A stretch of DNA of 62,934 nucleotides, the filler included, from Stramenopiles sp. TOSAG23-3 (lineage: Eukaryota): the NCBI GenBank assembly GCA_900128585.1. It is 6 parts of 6 records of this genome, joined end to end, with 100 filler letters (N's around TTAATTAATTAA, not from the genome) between each part and the next. Parts side by side here need not be neighbours in the genome. Positions count along the whole stretch, not along the records: positions 1 to 12,160 come from LT642705.1; positions 12,261 to 24,416 come from LT642706.1; 4 more parts are not named here. One strand, given 5' to 3'. Positions 10,101-21,021 of the stretch are shown here, piece after piece (position 1 is the stretch's first letter; each line of letters begins with the position of its first letter). Below the pieces are notes generated by a model that searched no databases, was not told where the DNA came from, and saw only the letters and a list, made by a program, of their open reading frames with translations. The position numbers and the translations under genes are program-made.

Positions 10101-10605
10101 CCCATGTATACTTTGGGCGCAAGTACCCCACAATTACGTCGACGATTTACCGTCAAAGAAAAATCACACACACAGAGAGAGAGAACCACCAGATCAATTG
10201 CACAAAACTAGGAAAGACAAAACGGAATAAAGAGATCATTTGAAATCCAAATCTCTTCTTGTTGCTTCTTCTATTTGTTTTGGTGTGGATGGGGGGGGGG
10301 GTTGCATGCACAGGTGTGGGAAGGAAGAACGAAGAAGAACGAAGAAGAACGAAGAAGAAAGGACGAGGAACAAAATAAATAATATAACGGAAATGATGAA
10401 TATAATAATAAGGCTTATAAGTATCAACATGACATATATTATATACTTATTATTTATATTTAGTATACTTATGATAGGATAATGATACTATATGTATATA
10501 TATGTATAAAAAGATATTATTATATTTGATACTGTATGAAGGCTCTTCAACTCCTTCGTTTTTTTAAGGAAATATATATTAGTAAAGGCGAAACGAACAT
10601 CGTGT

Positions 10606-12160
10606 TCACTTTTTGTTGAGGCTTGAGGCCTCCTGTTGTTGTTGCTGGAGGGTTTCCATTTGCTGCCGTTGAAATGCAAGCTGACCTTCCAGTTTTTGAA
10701 CGTACATTTCTAACTCTGCCATGGTTTTCTCTAGGCCTTTTCTTAAGACAATCTCTCGCCTCCGATCGTTCCTTGCTTTGTCTGCTTTCGTCTTTTCTGC
10801 CTCGGCATCTTCCCTAGCCTCGTCTGCCAGCCGCTTGGAAGTCGCTACTTTTGTTCGGTAGAATACCTCCGTGTTTGAAGACAGCCATTTCTTCTTTGCT
10901 GCTTTCTGGATGTTTCTTTTCGTTGCCTTTGTCTCTGGGGCTGAGTTCTGTTTCGACGCCTGGCTGGTGGGAGCGGTCCCCTGACTGGTGCTGGGAGTGG
11001 CTGCCTGACCATTGTTGCTGGGGGTGGCGACCCGACTGGCAGGGCGAGACCCTCGCCTTGAGAGGGCCTTGACACGACCGCGCAACTTCTCGATGGCATT
11101 TCCTCCCAGGAATGAAGTAAACTTCATCCCCACGCTTGGATTTGCAGAGAGGAGGTCCTCGACTTTTGCATAATGCAGCGCTGCCATCACCCCATCCTCC
11201 AACCCATCGACGTCCGCAGTTCGTTTTTGCGCTTCGTACCAGCCGAGCTCTCCTACCATTTCCCCAGCAACCAAGGTCGCAACGGGATCATTGTTCACAA
11301 CCACACTCAACGATCCCGTGACAATGCAGCCGACCCACGTCGCAGTCTCGTTCTGTTTTATAATTTTGTCCCCTTTTTTGAACGGAACGATGTCCATGTA
11401 CTTCCATAGAAAACGAAGGTCTTTGTGAAGCAACGCATCCGCGTGTGTGTTGCTAGCAAAAAAGTCAAAGAACGACAGCAATTCCTCAGAAGGCTCTTCT
11501 TCTTCCACGTCCTCGGAGTGTTCCGACTCGTAAGACGATTGGTCGCCATCGTCTTCGTCCCAACTCCCAGCCCCACCACTGACCGCGTCTTTATTGCTCG
11601 TCTGAGATGGGGGAACAGGGGGCAAGCCATGGCCCTTTGGCAATAAGGCCTCTTTTGTCTTGGGATTGCCTTTGGTTCCCTTGGCTTTGACCGTGGCCGA
11701 AGCCTCACCCTTCGGATTTTCCAGAGCGCTCTGCACTGCCTCGCCCTCGTTTTCCCCGCCACCCTTGTCACCGCCCAGCATTGTGGTTACGGGAACCGGG
11801 ACGTCGACCACAACCGCAGCGCTCCCCGTCGTGACGGTGAACGTCGGCGCTTCTAGCTCCTGTTTTTCCGGTCGTTTTTTCCGTCTCCGACGCGTCTGCG
11901 TTTGAGCGTCAGCCAATGCTCCTTTCGTTCCGACGACCTGGTCTTCCATAGCGTATAATCTCTGCACAATGCTCCCCCCACCAGCATGCCTGCCAAGCTT
12001 CCCTTCCAACCCTTTCAAAGCCTCGTCGATGGCGTCGATCTCGTCCATTGCGTTCTCTAGCTTGACCACGAACGTGTCTTCTCGTTGGGCGGTCCGTTTC
12101 TCCTGTTCCTGTCGTTCACGATTGATTGACTCCACCACTTCTCTTAAACGTTCCATCTCG
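10606..12160 (-). CDS. Cyclic nucleotide-binding domain protein with coiled coils (probably 5'-truncated)
   Basis: FKKGDKIIKQNE...GEMVGELGW...RTADV phosphate-binding cassette; frame is open up to the linker. Confidence 0.8.
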
Positions 12161-12260
12161 NNNNNNNNNNNNNNNNNNNNNNNNNNNNNNNNNNNNNNNN
12201 NNNNTTAATTAATTAANNNNNNNNNNNNNNNNNNNNNNNNNNNNNNNNNNNNNNNNNNNN
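12161..12260. other. Artificial contig linker
   Basis: N44-TTAATTAATTAA-N44, stops in all frames. Confidence 0.98.
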
Positions 12261-12457
12261 TTTTTCCCCCCCCCCCCCCCCCCCCCTTTTACCTTTTATG
12301 TTAGACTCTATTAGTCTACGTGCAACATGTCTCAGCTGTATTTCCTGCCGAAACAATATCAACGGAAGCAGAAAAGTTAGCTGTCAACATCTTCGCACGA
12401 TCAACTATCATCAAAGACGCATACAAGTCAACGTTTTGGAATTAAATTTAGAAAAAA

Positions 12458-14209
12458 ATGATCAAAACAATTATCTTGTTCTCCGTTGTCGCTGCCAGCG
12501 TTTCGGGAATCACCGTGGACGAGTCCTCTATCACGAAGCTTGCCACCTTTGATGGGGCAGCCTCCACGACCTACAAATGGAAGGATTTGAACGACCCTGT
12601 GATGGGTGGCGTCTCGACATCCACTTGGAAAATCGATAAAACGAACAGTAAAACCGCCATTTGGAATGGGGAAGTAAAGGTCGTTCCCAGTTTGAAGGCC
12701 CCGGGATTTTGCAACGCCGAGACTGAAAACTGGTTTGCAAAGTTCGCAGACGTTTCGGCTTACACGCACTTGCTGGTTCGTGTGAGATCGTCTACCCCCG
12801 ACTACCGTGGATTTAAAGTATCGTTCTCGGCGGATACTTTAAACGTACAATTTCACAGCTTCAAGGCAATGTTTAACGTAAGCTCTGCCAACACGTGGGA
12901 AACGGTTGCAATCCCGTTCCACCAGTTTTCAAACGACTGGAGTGCGTACACTGGTCGCTGCGACACGAAGGACCCGACCGGAAAACAGCACCATTGCTGT
13001 TCGCCCGGCCACCCGGAAGTCTGCGCCACGAAGAAAAACCTGAAAGATATTTCTGAAGTTGGATTATGGACAGAAGGAGTAGCAGGAAAGTTCAACCTGG
13101 AAGTTGCGTGGATTGGGGCTGGAAACATGTCGTCGATTGGCAAAGATTCCAGAAACACTTGCAGTGGACCGATCCAGTCCAATTTGAAATACAACGTTTC
13201 GGGTCGGTTGGCGGACGATTATTTGCCCAGCGGTGCCTTGCCAACGGAATCTCTGCCAGGGGCAGTTTGCTGCGACAAGTATTTTAAGCCGTTTGCGGAA
13301 CCCAGTGGATTCTACGCCCGGCCAGATATTCAAATGTTTGAACATATGAACCATGGAAAAACTACTATCTTCTACGACACTGTCTGCGGCTTGCCTTTAT
13401 TTGAGGCGCCGATAAATCGAACGTTTGCTGAGTTCAAAGCCGAGACGAACAAGTACGGGTGGCCAAGCTTTCGGAAGGACGAAATTGTAGGAAACAACGT
13501 AAAAATTTTGGCGTCTGGCGAGCTTGTGTCTGCATGTGGAACACACCTGGGATCCAACCAGCCCGATGAGCTTGGGGACCGTTTCTGCACCGATTTGGTG
13601 TGCCTTTCGGGCAACAAGAAAGCAGAAACGCCTGCTCGAACTGCCGGCGATATGGCGATTATAACCTTCGATGGGGCGAAAAGCACCACGTACCCGTGGG
13701 AAGCGGTGAACGACCCTGTGATGGGGGGGCAAAGCAATTCCACGATAACGATTGACCAGAAAGATGGTCTTGGAATGTGGAACGGCGAAGTCAAGATCGT
13801 ACCCTTCTTGAAAGCCCCAGGATTCTGCACCATGCAAAGCCCAGGTCTGCGCAAGAAAGCCGATTTCCCCTCCGTCCAAGGTTTTAATGGTGTCGTGGTG
13901 ACAGCCCGGGTACTAAAGTCTGAGTTGAAGAGTTTCCAAATTAATTTTCGCACGAACGGTGCGGTTCATGGAGAAAAGGAAGGCCAGTACAGTGCCCCAT
14001 TTTCGATCGAATCGGACTCGGACGCTTTCATAGAACGATTCGTTCCATGGACCGACTTTGAGTGCAATTGGCGCGGCGAAAAAGTATCATGGTGTCCCGA
14101 TCTCTCAACGCAACTCTCCGAAATTAACAGCGTTGGTATCATGACCTCATTTCCAGGAAAAGTTGGAACATTCTACATGGAAATTAAGTCTATCGGGGCG
14201 AGAAAGTGA
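12458..14209 (+). CDS. Secreted CIA30-like / MsrB-like / CIA30-like fusion protein
   Basis: Signal peptide MIKTIILFSVVAASVSG; two W..(L/V)NDPVMGG.S...APGFC domains; central CGLPLF..GWPSF..HLG..RFC segment. Confidence 0.75.
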   Translation: MIKTIILFSVVAASVSGITVDESSITKLATFDGAASTTYKWKDLNDPVMGGVSTSTWKIDKTNSKTAIWNGEVKVVPSLKAPGFCNAETENWFAKFADVSAYTHLLVRVRSSTPDYRGFKVSFSADTLNVQFHSFKAMFNVSSANTWETVAIPFHQFSNDWSAYTGRCDTKDPTGKQHHCCSPGHPEVCATKKNLKDISEVGLWTEGVAGKFNLEVAWIGAGNMSSIGKDSRNTCSGPIQSNLKYNVSGRLADDYLPSGALPTESLPGAVCCDKYFKPFAEPSGFYARPDIQMFEHMNHGKTTIFYDTVCGLPLFEAPINRTFAEFKAETNKYGWPSFRKDEIVGNNVKILASGELVSACGTHLGSNQPDELGDRFCTDLVCLSGNKKAETPARTAGDMAIITFDGAKSTTYPWEAVNDPVMGGQSNSTITIDQKDGLGMWNGEVKIVPFLKAPGFCTMQSPGLRKKADFPSVQGFNGVVVTARVLKSELKSFQINFRTNGAVHGEKEGQYSAPFSIESDSDAFIERFVPWTDFECNWRGEKVSWCPDLSTQLSEINSVGIMTSFPGKVGTFYMEIKSIGARK

Positions 14210-14393
14210 AAATTAAAAATTCATAAACTGACACGAGCAAGAGGTAATTACACACACACGCAAATTATGATAGATTAAAATGATAAAAGAGTTCTTACGT
14301 ATCATATCAAAAAACCAAAATATATAGTATGTTCGTATCATATCATATTAAGAAAATCTTATTATATGATAAATTTAATTACTTACACATAGC

Positions 14394-14425
14394 ATAACAC
14401 AGCCAATTTTCTTGTTTTTAAATTC
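14394..14425 (+). repeat. Partial copy of the 3'-flank element
   Basis: ACAGCCAATTTTCTTGTTTTTAAATTC. Confidence 0.75.
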
Positions 14426-14497
14426 AATCTATAATAGAAGAATCTACCTCTCGGTACAAAACGCGTTTCTTTTGATAACAGAATTACTGCTTTGCAG

Positions 14498-16630
14498 TTA
14501 CCGCTGCATGCCTTCTTTCTTCCTCAGCACGACGCCACATTCAATGTGTTGAGTGAAAGCAAACTGATCAAACATTCCCATCGCCGTGCACTCATGAGTG
14601 TGGTTCAAAATTTCTAAATCGCGTTGCAAAGATGATGGCATACATGAAATATACAGAATCACACCAAAAGCGGCGATTTGTTCGATGGTTTTACCATCAA
14701 GACCAGCCCGAGGAGGATCCACCAATACGGTATCATAGCTAGCACCATCAAACTGAATAACCCCATCCCCAACAACGGAAGTAAACTTTTTCCAAAAGTG
14801 CTCGCTGTGAATTTGTACAATGCGTACATTTTTTATTCCATTCAAGTCACAATTTCTTTTTGCAACCTTGCATAACTCCTTGTCGAGCTCCACTGCGCAC
14901 AAACTGTTAAAGTACTTGGCCAAAGCCATGGTGTGGTTTCCATTCCCACAATAGAGTTCGAGCAGGTTACGATTGGCAGTTGCACTGGAGATTGAAGTAA
15001 TTTGCGCTGTCAACCAATCCAGTACCTTCTCATTCACTCGACCGTTTGGATTGGAGAAGGAATTTTCGCATTGCAAATATTGTACAGTGCTCCCATCGCG
15101 CAAACACAACGACTCTTTCACGTACTTACTGTTCTCGGAAGAATCACCGACGTAAATGCACACTTTCTTAGACCGCCCAATTAACTTAATAGGCAAGAAA
15201 GACGCCCGCTCTAAAGCAGATTTAAATTGTTTTGCTTCCGACTCCCATGTACCATTGGAAGCTATCGGAACGCTGTACACCAACGTAATGCACATGTCGC
15301 CCTTCAAGGTAGAAAGGTAGTGCACCGCTTCAATCCCATCGCGAATAATAGGAGCGCTGTCTTTCAACGCTTTTAAAAAACGAGGCATCATCAAAGCGAT
15401 GCTTTGCGAAGCGATGGGAAAACTTTTCACTTTTTGCCATTTCCCTTTGCCGTACACGAAATGGGTGTATCCTTCTTCTTCGCTCTCCCCGTTCCGGCAC
15501 AAGCCAAACCTGCAGCGGAGTCGATAAAACGGTGTCGGTGTTTCTACCAAAGTTATGGCATCGATTACACTTTCTTTCACGATCTTTGAAAATTGCGCTT
15601 TTATCTGAATTACTTTGGATTCAAATGAAATGCATTCAGCTTCTTTGGAACACCCAGACATTTCTTTTGCGAGGGGTACGAACGTTCCCATGTTCTCCCG
15701 GATATTCAAAATTCCTACAACCACATTGTTTTTTGGAGAGCAAGAGAGCGGAACCATAGAACGAAGAGAAACGGCGTAATTGTAGGGACTTGCTGGGCCG
15801 GATAGCGCATGCAGGCGCAAACCTGCATCAACGTAATTCATACACATTTTAGCCCGTCGGAACGAGGGACCAGTTGGGTCAAAATCATCCGCTGCTCCAC
15901 ATTGAAAATCAGCAGCCTGTGCTATCGCTTCCCACGCTGCCAACAACTCTCCTTGTCCAAAATTTTCTTGGTAACCAAAATTCTGGTCTAATTCTTTTCT
16001 TATCTTTCCGTAGCAACAAGGTGAAAGCACAAAGTTTGCTCGAGCTTCACGACAGCATTCTAATACTTTATCAGATAGAGGACCACAGCAGTGCAAGCCG
16101 ACCCCAACATCAAAACTTCGCCCCTTCAACAGGTCAATGTCACTTACACACTCGACACGCTCAAAAATATTTACACACCCGTGTGACAGCATATTCGCCA
16201 TTCTCCGTTTTGCCATCGCTAACTTTTCTAAATTATTGTCCACTAAAATAACCCTGCTGCTGGGGAAAAGGCACGAAAGGAGAAGGCCGAGGTGTCCACT
16301 CCCACACCCAAAATCAACAAAAGTGTCCCCACGTTTGAACACTGGTCTTATCAGTCTCACCATGCTCTCTAGCTGTTGCCTTTTGCGTTTTGCACGCCCT
16401 TTCTTCGTCAGTTTTGTTAAATCTGAAAACGGATCTAGCGCCTGTGGCACGCCGTCCCAATTTATCACGGGAGAAGGTTCTACTTCTTTGATTGATTTAA
16501 TTTCCCCATCGTTTTCTTCCACAGCGATGTTATGGAGTTTCTGTTTCGCAAAGTACACCCCCACGTCTTTCAAAGCGGTCTGCAACTGTTCCTCTCGCAC
16601 CCTTCGTTTGTGTTCACGCCGTTTGCGCAT
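14498..16630 (-). CDS. Fusion of GSTCD-type (Methyltransf_32-like) methyltransferase and TrmA-like tRNA m5U methyltransferase
   Basis: N-half: RKRQQLE, VDFGCGSGHLG, GLHCCGPLSD, SPCCYG, SPKNN. C-half: YRLRCRF, ENSFSNPN, LLELYCGNGN, VDPPRAGLD, LYISC.P, DQFAFTQHIECGV. Confidence 0.85.
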   Translation of the reverse strand: MRKRREHKRRVREEQLQTALKDVGVYFAKQKLHNIAVEENDGEIKSIKEVEPSPVINWDGVPQALDPFSDLTKLTKKGRAKRKRQQLESMVRLIRPVFKRGDTFVDFGCGSGHLGLLLSCLFPSSRVILVDNNLEKLAMAKRRMANMLSHGCVNIFERVECVSDIDLLKGRSFDVGVGLHCCGPLSDKVLECCREARANFVLSPCCYGKIRKELDQNFGYQENFGQGELLAAWEAIAQAADFQCGAADDFDPTGPSFRRAKMCMNYVDAGLRLHALSGPASPYNYAVSLRSMVPLSCSPKNNVVVGILNIRENMGTFVPLAKEMSGCSKEAECISFESKVIQIKAQFSKIVKESVIDAITLVETPTPFYRLRCRFGLCRNGESEEEGYTHFVYGKGKWQKVKSFPIASQSIALMMPRFLKALKDSAPIIRDGIEAVHYLSTLKGDMCITLVYSVPIASNGTWESEAKQFKSALERASFLPIKLIGRSKKVCIYVGDSSENSKYVKESLCLRDGSTVQYLQCENSFSNPNGRVNEKVLDWLTAQITSISSATANRNLLELYCGNGNHTMALAKYFNSLCAVELDKELCKVAKRNCDLNGIKNVRIVQIHSEHFWKKFTSVVGDGVIQFDGASYDTVLVDPPRAGLDGKTIEQIAAFGVILYISCMPSSLQRDLEILNHTHECTAMGMFDQFAFTQHIECGVVLRKKEGMQR

Positions 16631-16940
16631 ATTTGCTAGCTATCTAAATTCTTTCCTATATTATGCCCGGCAGTTTAAAGAGTCATAATACTTACTCAGA
16701 GACAAAAATGGACGACGTTACGTTTGGCGATGACACAAAGAAGTCATAAATCAACATGATGAAGTTTTTAGTCGTCTACGTACATTACATATAGATATTT
16801 GGTTTAATGAACGAATCGGTGTCTGTACATATTATTATTATATTTTATATTATTATATGTAGGAGTAGTTATTAATAGTAGTAGGTAAAAAAAAAATTAA
16901 TAATTAAAAAAACAAATAAAAAATAATAAAAATTCTTCCT

Positions 16941-17000
16941 CTGTTGTTTTGTTGTTGTTGTTGTTGTTGTGTTTTTGTTGTTGTTGGTTGTTGTTTGTCG
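16941..17000. repeat. (TTG)n microsatellite in a divergent intergenic region
   Basis: TTG/GTT array. Confidence 0.85.
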
Positions 17001-17324
17001 TTGGTCGTTGAGAGGAGGACAGAGAAGGAGGACAGAGGAGGAGAGGAGATAATAAATAATAATAAAAAAAAAATATAATTAAATAAAAAAAAAATATTTT
17101 TTTTCATTTTTTTTTTATTATTATTATTATTAATATAATCTTCATATACTGTTAGAGTTTTAGTTGTTAGAAAACGTTTTACGCAATGGAAAAGGAAATT
17201 AACAACTTCCCTACTCCAACATTTCAGGCGTTTTAAAGTGCTCTTGAAGAATTTGAAATTTGTGACTAGGTTGCCGGAGGAACGAACCTTTGAAAGTACA
17301 GAGTGGTCTGTTGCATCCCCACAG

Positions 17325-18242
17325 ATGCGTTTTCGGGCCAGGGCTGGTGCGGAACAGTACCAGTTGATCGCTGACGTCGTTCAGGCAATACACGTACCTG
17401 GTGAATTTCTGTGCCTTCATTTGACCAAAGACAATTTTCGCACTGTTGTAAATAGAAACCATGCTGGACAGGGCTCGGAAATCATCCCGTCATATGCCTC
17501 CTTTGACAGCGAAGTGTTGTTTTTTGACTATAGAATTGAATCCAGGGCAGACAACCAAATATGCTTAGAGTGCGACCCGGGACAGTTTCTTCGCGCGTCA
17601 CGGTCGGTCAAGAAGGCACCAGAAGTAACCTTTACCTTGACTCGAAAGAACGGCCTGCCCCGCATAACCCTAGAAGCAGTGATGGTGAACGGTGTACATG
17701 TAACGCAAGACATCCCCGTGAAAGTAATGAAGCCCGAGGATTTCCACATTACCGAGGAGCCCAACGTGCCACCTCCTGAAGTGCGGGTGATGCTCCCAAG
17801 TGACTCTACATCGTTACGGGCTGTCGTGGATAAACTAAAGTCATTTGATAAATTTGTCTCTGTGTCTGCCTCGGTATCAGGGCAGCTAGTGCTTGAGTCT
17901 ACCGCCCCATCGCTGCGAATTCGCACCGTATACAACGGTTTAGTTGCCAAGGGGGCGAAGGGGAATTCGGCGGGCGTGGACCCAGGGGTATCTGCAACAC
18001 CCCCGCCGTCTGTTGTGCAATTGCTTTCGAAACATCTTTCCCTGGCTCTGAAGTGCTCGACGATACGACATGATCGGATGCTATTTTGCCTTACAACGGA
18101 TGAAGTTTGCATTGTGTACATGGCAATTTTTAACAAGGCAGGTGTCGTGACTTTGTATTTACCTGCCTGCCAGCGGGAGGACGATGAAATAGAAGGAACC
18201 CAAGAGGTCGATGACGAGGACCAAGAAAGCGACGGCATGTGA
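17325..18242 (+). CDS. HUS1: Checkpoint clamp subunit HUS1
   Basis: MRFRAR start; LFFDYRIESRADNQICLE; TQDIPVKV..EP.VPPPEV..LP; LRAVVDKLK; acidic tail. ATG at 17325 is preferred over the upstream GTG. Confidence 0.85.
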   Translation: MRFRARAGAEQYQLIADVVQAIHVPGEFLCLHLTKDNFRTVVNRNHAGQGSEIIPSYASFDSEVLFFDYRIESRADNQICLECDPGQFLRASRSVKKAPEVTFTLTRKNGLPRITLEAVMVNGVHVTQDIPVKVMKPEDFHITEEPNVPPPEVRVMLPSDSTSLRAVVDKLKSFDKFVSVSASVSGQLVLESTAPSLRIRTVYNGLVAKGAKGNSAGVDPGVSATPPPSVVQLLSKHLSLALKCSTIRHDRMLFCLTTDEVCIVYMAIFNKAGVVTLYLPACQREDDEIEGTQEVDDEDQESDGM

Positions 18243-18473
18243 AGAGAAGGCCATAAAGATTTTAGTTGCACTGTTACTGCGGGCAGCCCATAATTTGTTT
18301 CTTTGCAGCGCGAACTCTTGCGGATTAGTAGTGATGGGGGCTGTGTATAATTCAAAAAGTTGTTACATTCTGAAAAATAAATTTACAATTTTTTTTTTAT
18401 CTGTACTTAATACTGAATACTGAAATACTGAATCTTAAATGACGTCACCGAGTGGTGGCTCAGATTATTTGTT

Positions 18474-19214
18474 TTATATTATTGACGGGGAATGTGTTAT
18501 CTTGCCTTCTTCTCTTCCCTGTAAAAGAGTTTCCCCCTTCTTTCCGCTTTCCCTCCCTTTGTACGATTGCCCTTTATTTCCGACGCCCGAGGCCCACTTG
18601 TCATCGCACAGCCAGTCGCCCATTGTCCACCCATGGCGCAGAAGTATTTCCTCTTGTTCCGATTTTGTAATTTTTGCCTTTTCCGCTAAAATTCGGCACG
18701 TCTTCTTCTGTACTGGACTTGGTCGCTCTGAACGTTTTACGTCGCATACTATTTTTTCGTACTTTACATGTGCATTGTCGGTCAACGCGTCATCGCTTCC
18801 ACTATCTTCCATCGAGCGGCTCGTTTTCCTGGATCGGTACAGGGTTTTCGGGGTGACCGCTTTCGAATCCATCGTGGTGTTCATCACCTTACTACTCTCC
18901 CCTAGAAGAAGACGCTTCGCCCGAGCCCATATGGCGTTGCCAATGAAGGCGGCTTCCGTCCCAGAAAACAGCAACGCAAATAGAAATGGCTTCTTGTATA
19001 ATAATCCTACAAGCTTCCCTCCTTTGTTGCACAAGTAGTAAAACCTTACAGCCAAAAGCGAGGAGACAAGAGACAAAAATCGAGAATGCATTTGGTCGGA
19101 GCGAAAAATATTGACGTAGTGAATCCACATAGCGAGGTCTAACAGTCGACTATTCGCCCCTCTTGTAGCAGAAGGGTCAAACGCTTTTTTGCGTAAAACA
19201 GACCACCACGACAT
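18474..19214 (-). CDS. Hypothetical membrane protein
   Basis: ORF with coding-like GC and 2-3 hydrophobic segments; no recognised family; first ATG at 19214. Confidence 0.55.
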   Translation of the reverse strand: MSWWSVLRKKAFDPSATRGANSRLLDLAMWIHYVNIFRSDQMHSRFLSLVSSLLAVRFYYLCNKGGKLVGLLYKKPFLFALLFSGTEAAFIGNAIWARAKRLLLGESSKVMNTTMDSKAVTPKTLYRSRKTSRSMEDSGSDDALTDNAHVKYEKIVCDVKRSERPSPVQKKTCRILAEKAKITKSEQEEILLRHGWTMGDWLCDDKWASGVGNKGQSYKGRESGKKGETLLQGREEGKITHSPSII

Positions 19215-20346
19215 GTTATTTACAAATTGGACCAAACGAAAGAAACCAAACAAGGACGTGCGAAACCTAATCTCTTTGAAAAAACAATTTCAAACTAGTT
19301 GCTGGTTAGTCAATCTCTATTTAAATTGGAACACATCTTTTGTAATGTAATAATGTTTCTTTCTTTTATATTTTATAATAAAAGACTAATTTTATAATTC
19401 ATTCCGGCGGTGGGCGGTGGTGTTCTTTATTTAATTAGTAGTATTTAGTTTGCCGCCTATTGACTATTGAGCTTTTTTATTATAAAAATACTATCCTGCT
19501 GTGCTGATGCTGATGCTGATGCTGATGAGTGAGGAGTGTTGTTAGTACTTTGTATAATTAATGTCATTACAATACCTGGTACCGGTATACACTTCTACAT
19601 TCAATTTCATTTTCCTTAAAATAAAAACTAATCCTTAATTATTCATACAAAATATTTATATAGGAATATATGTATTTAAAATTACAAGTAATGATGATGA
19701 AAAATATATATGTACTGTACTGTACTTGATACAATTATATTTTAATTCTACCACACATTGTAAAAAGGAAACAAAAGTATAATATAATAGGTAAATAATA
19801 AATAGAATACATTGATTATATACTTAAAGTAAACATCCCTCCACTTGTCCTCGCAACCAGTGATTTTACCAATGCTATATTCATGTAATGTCGATAATAT
19901 CTATGCTATGTACATGTTTTTTTTAAATGGATTTTTCTTTCTTCTTTTTTTTGTTTCTTCCCATCTTTTAAAGGGACATAGTATAGAAAACAAAAAAAGA
20001 ATAGGAATTTGTAGTATTAAATACATACATACAGCATTGATATTATTATTATGTATAATATATAAAATAAATAAATAAATAATTCATCTCTTTTGTTGTT
20101 GATTTTATTACAAGGAACAAAGCATTGATAATTAATGACAAAAAGAAAGAAAGAAAGAAAGAGTTTGTATGAATGATGGCATTGATTGATGGATCAATTA
20201 CGACGGAACGAGAGTAGGCAAGAGAGATTGATGTTGGTTGGAACGAAAGGAATCATTGAAAGCTTTGAAACGGTGAAGAGAGGAAAGACTTCTTAACCAA
20301 ACGTAAATATTACACCAACAATACATATTTAATTTCATATACCAAA

Positions 20347-21021
20347 ATGGCCACCAAGCAAGTTGCAAAGAAAAGAAAGTTCGTCGCAGATGGCGTCTTC
20401 TACGCTGAGTTGAACCAGTTGTTCACTCGCGAGTTAGCCGAAGAAGGGTACTCTGGTGTTGAGGTTCGTGTTACCCCAATGCGCACTGAAATCATCATCC
20501 GCGCCACCAAGACCCAAAGTGTTCTTGGCGAAAAAGGACGTCGCATCCACGAGCTTACCTCTGTTGTGCAAAAACGTTTCGGCTTCAAGGATGGTTCCGT
20601 AGAATTGTTCGCCGAACGAGTTGCCAACCGTGGTTTGTGCGCCTCCGCCCAGTGCGAGTCCCTTCGATACAAGTTGATGGGCGGTCTAGCTGTACGCCGT
20701 GCATGCTATGGTGTTCTTCGATTCATCATGGAATCCGGCGCCAAAGGTTGCGAAGTCATTGTTTCGGGTAAACTTCGTGCCCAGCGTGCCAAAGCCATGA
20801 AATTCAACGAAGGTTACATTAAACGTGCAGGTCAAGCCAAGTTCGAATACATCGACTCCGCCACCCGCCACCTTAACATGCGCCAGGGTGTTTTGGGTAT
20901 CAAAGTTAAGATTATGCTTCCCCACGACCCAGAAGGAAAGATGGGCCCAGCCAAGCCATTGGCTGACACTATTGCTGTAAGAGAACCAAAGAACCCAATC
21001 GGTATCTGCGGTGGCAAATAA
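20347..21021 (+). CDS. RPS3: 40S ribosomal protein S3 (uS3)
   Basis: [34 protein letters not shown]; strong codon bias. Confidence 0.98.
   Translation: MATKQVAKKRKFVADGVFYAELNQLFTRELAEEGYSGVEVRVTPMRTEIIIRATKTQSVLGEKGRRIHELTSVVQKRFGFKDGSVELFAERVANRGLCASAQCESLRYKLMGGLAVRRACYGVLRFIMESGAKGCEVIVSGKLRAQRAKAMKFNEGYIKRAGQAKFEYIDSATRHLNMRQGVLGIKVKIMLPHDPEGKMGPAKPLADTIAVREPKNPIGICGGK

Noticed and set aside
12161-12260. TTAATTAATTAA palindrome repeated every ~12.2 kb
   Set aside because: Artificial linker between size-sorted contigs; neither the periodicity nor cross-linker adjacency (e.g. hslV next to PAM16) is biological
17528-18355. 275-aa antisense ORF, and the many similar shadow ORFs over GC-rich genes
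   Set aside because: Antisense to recognisable genes; expected from codon bias
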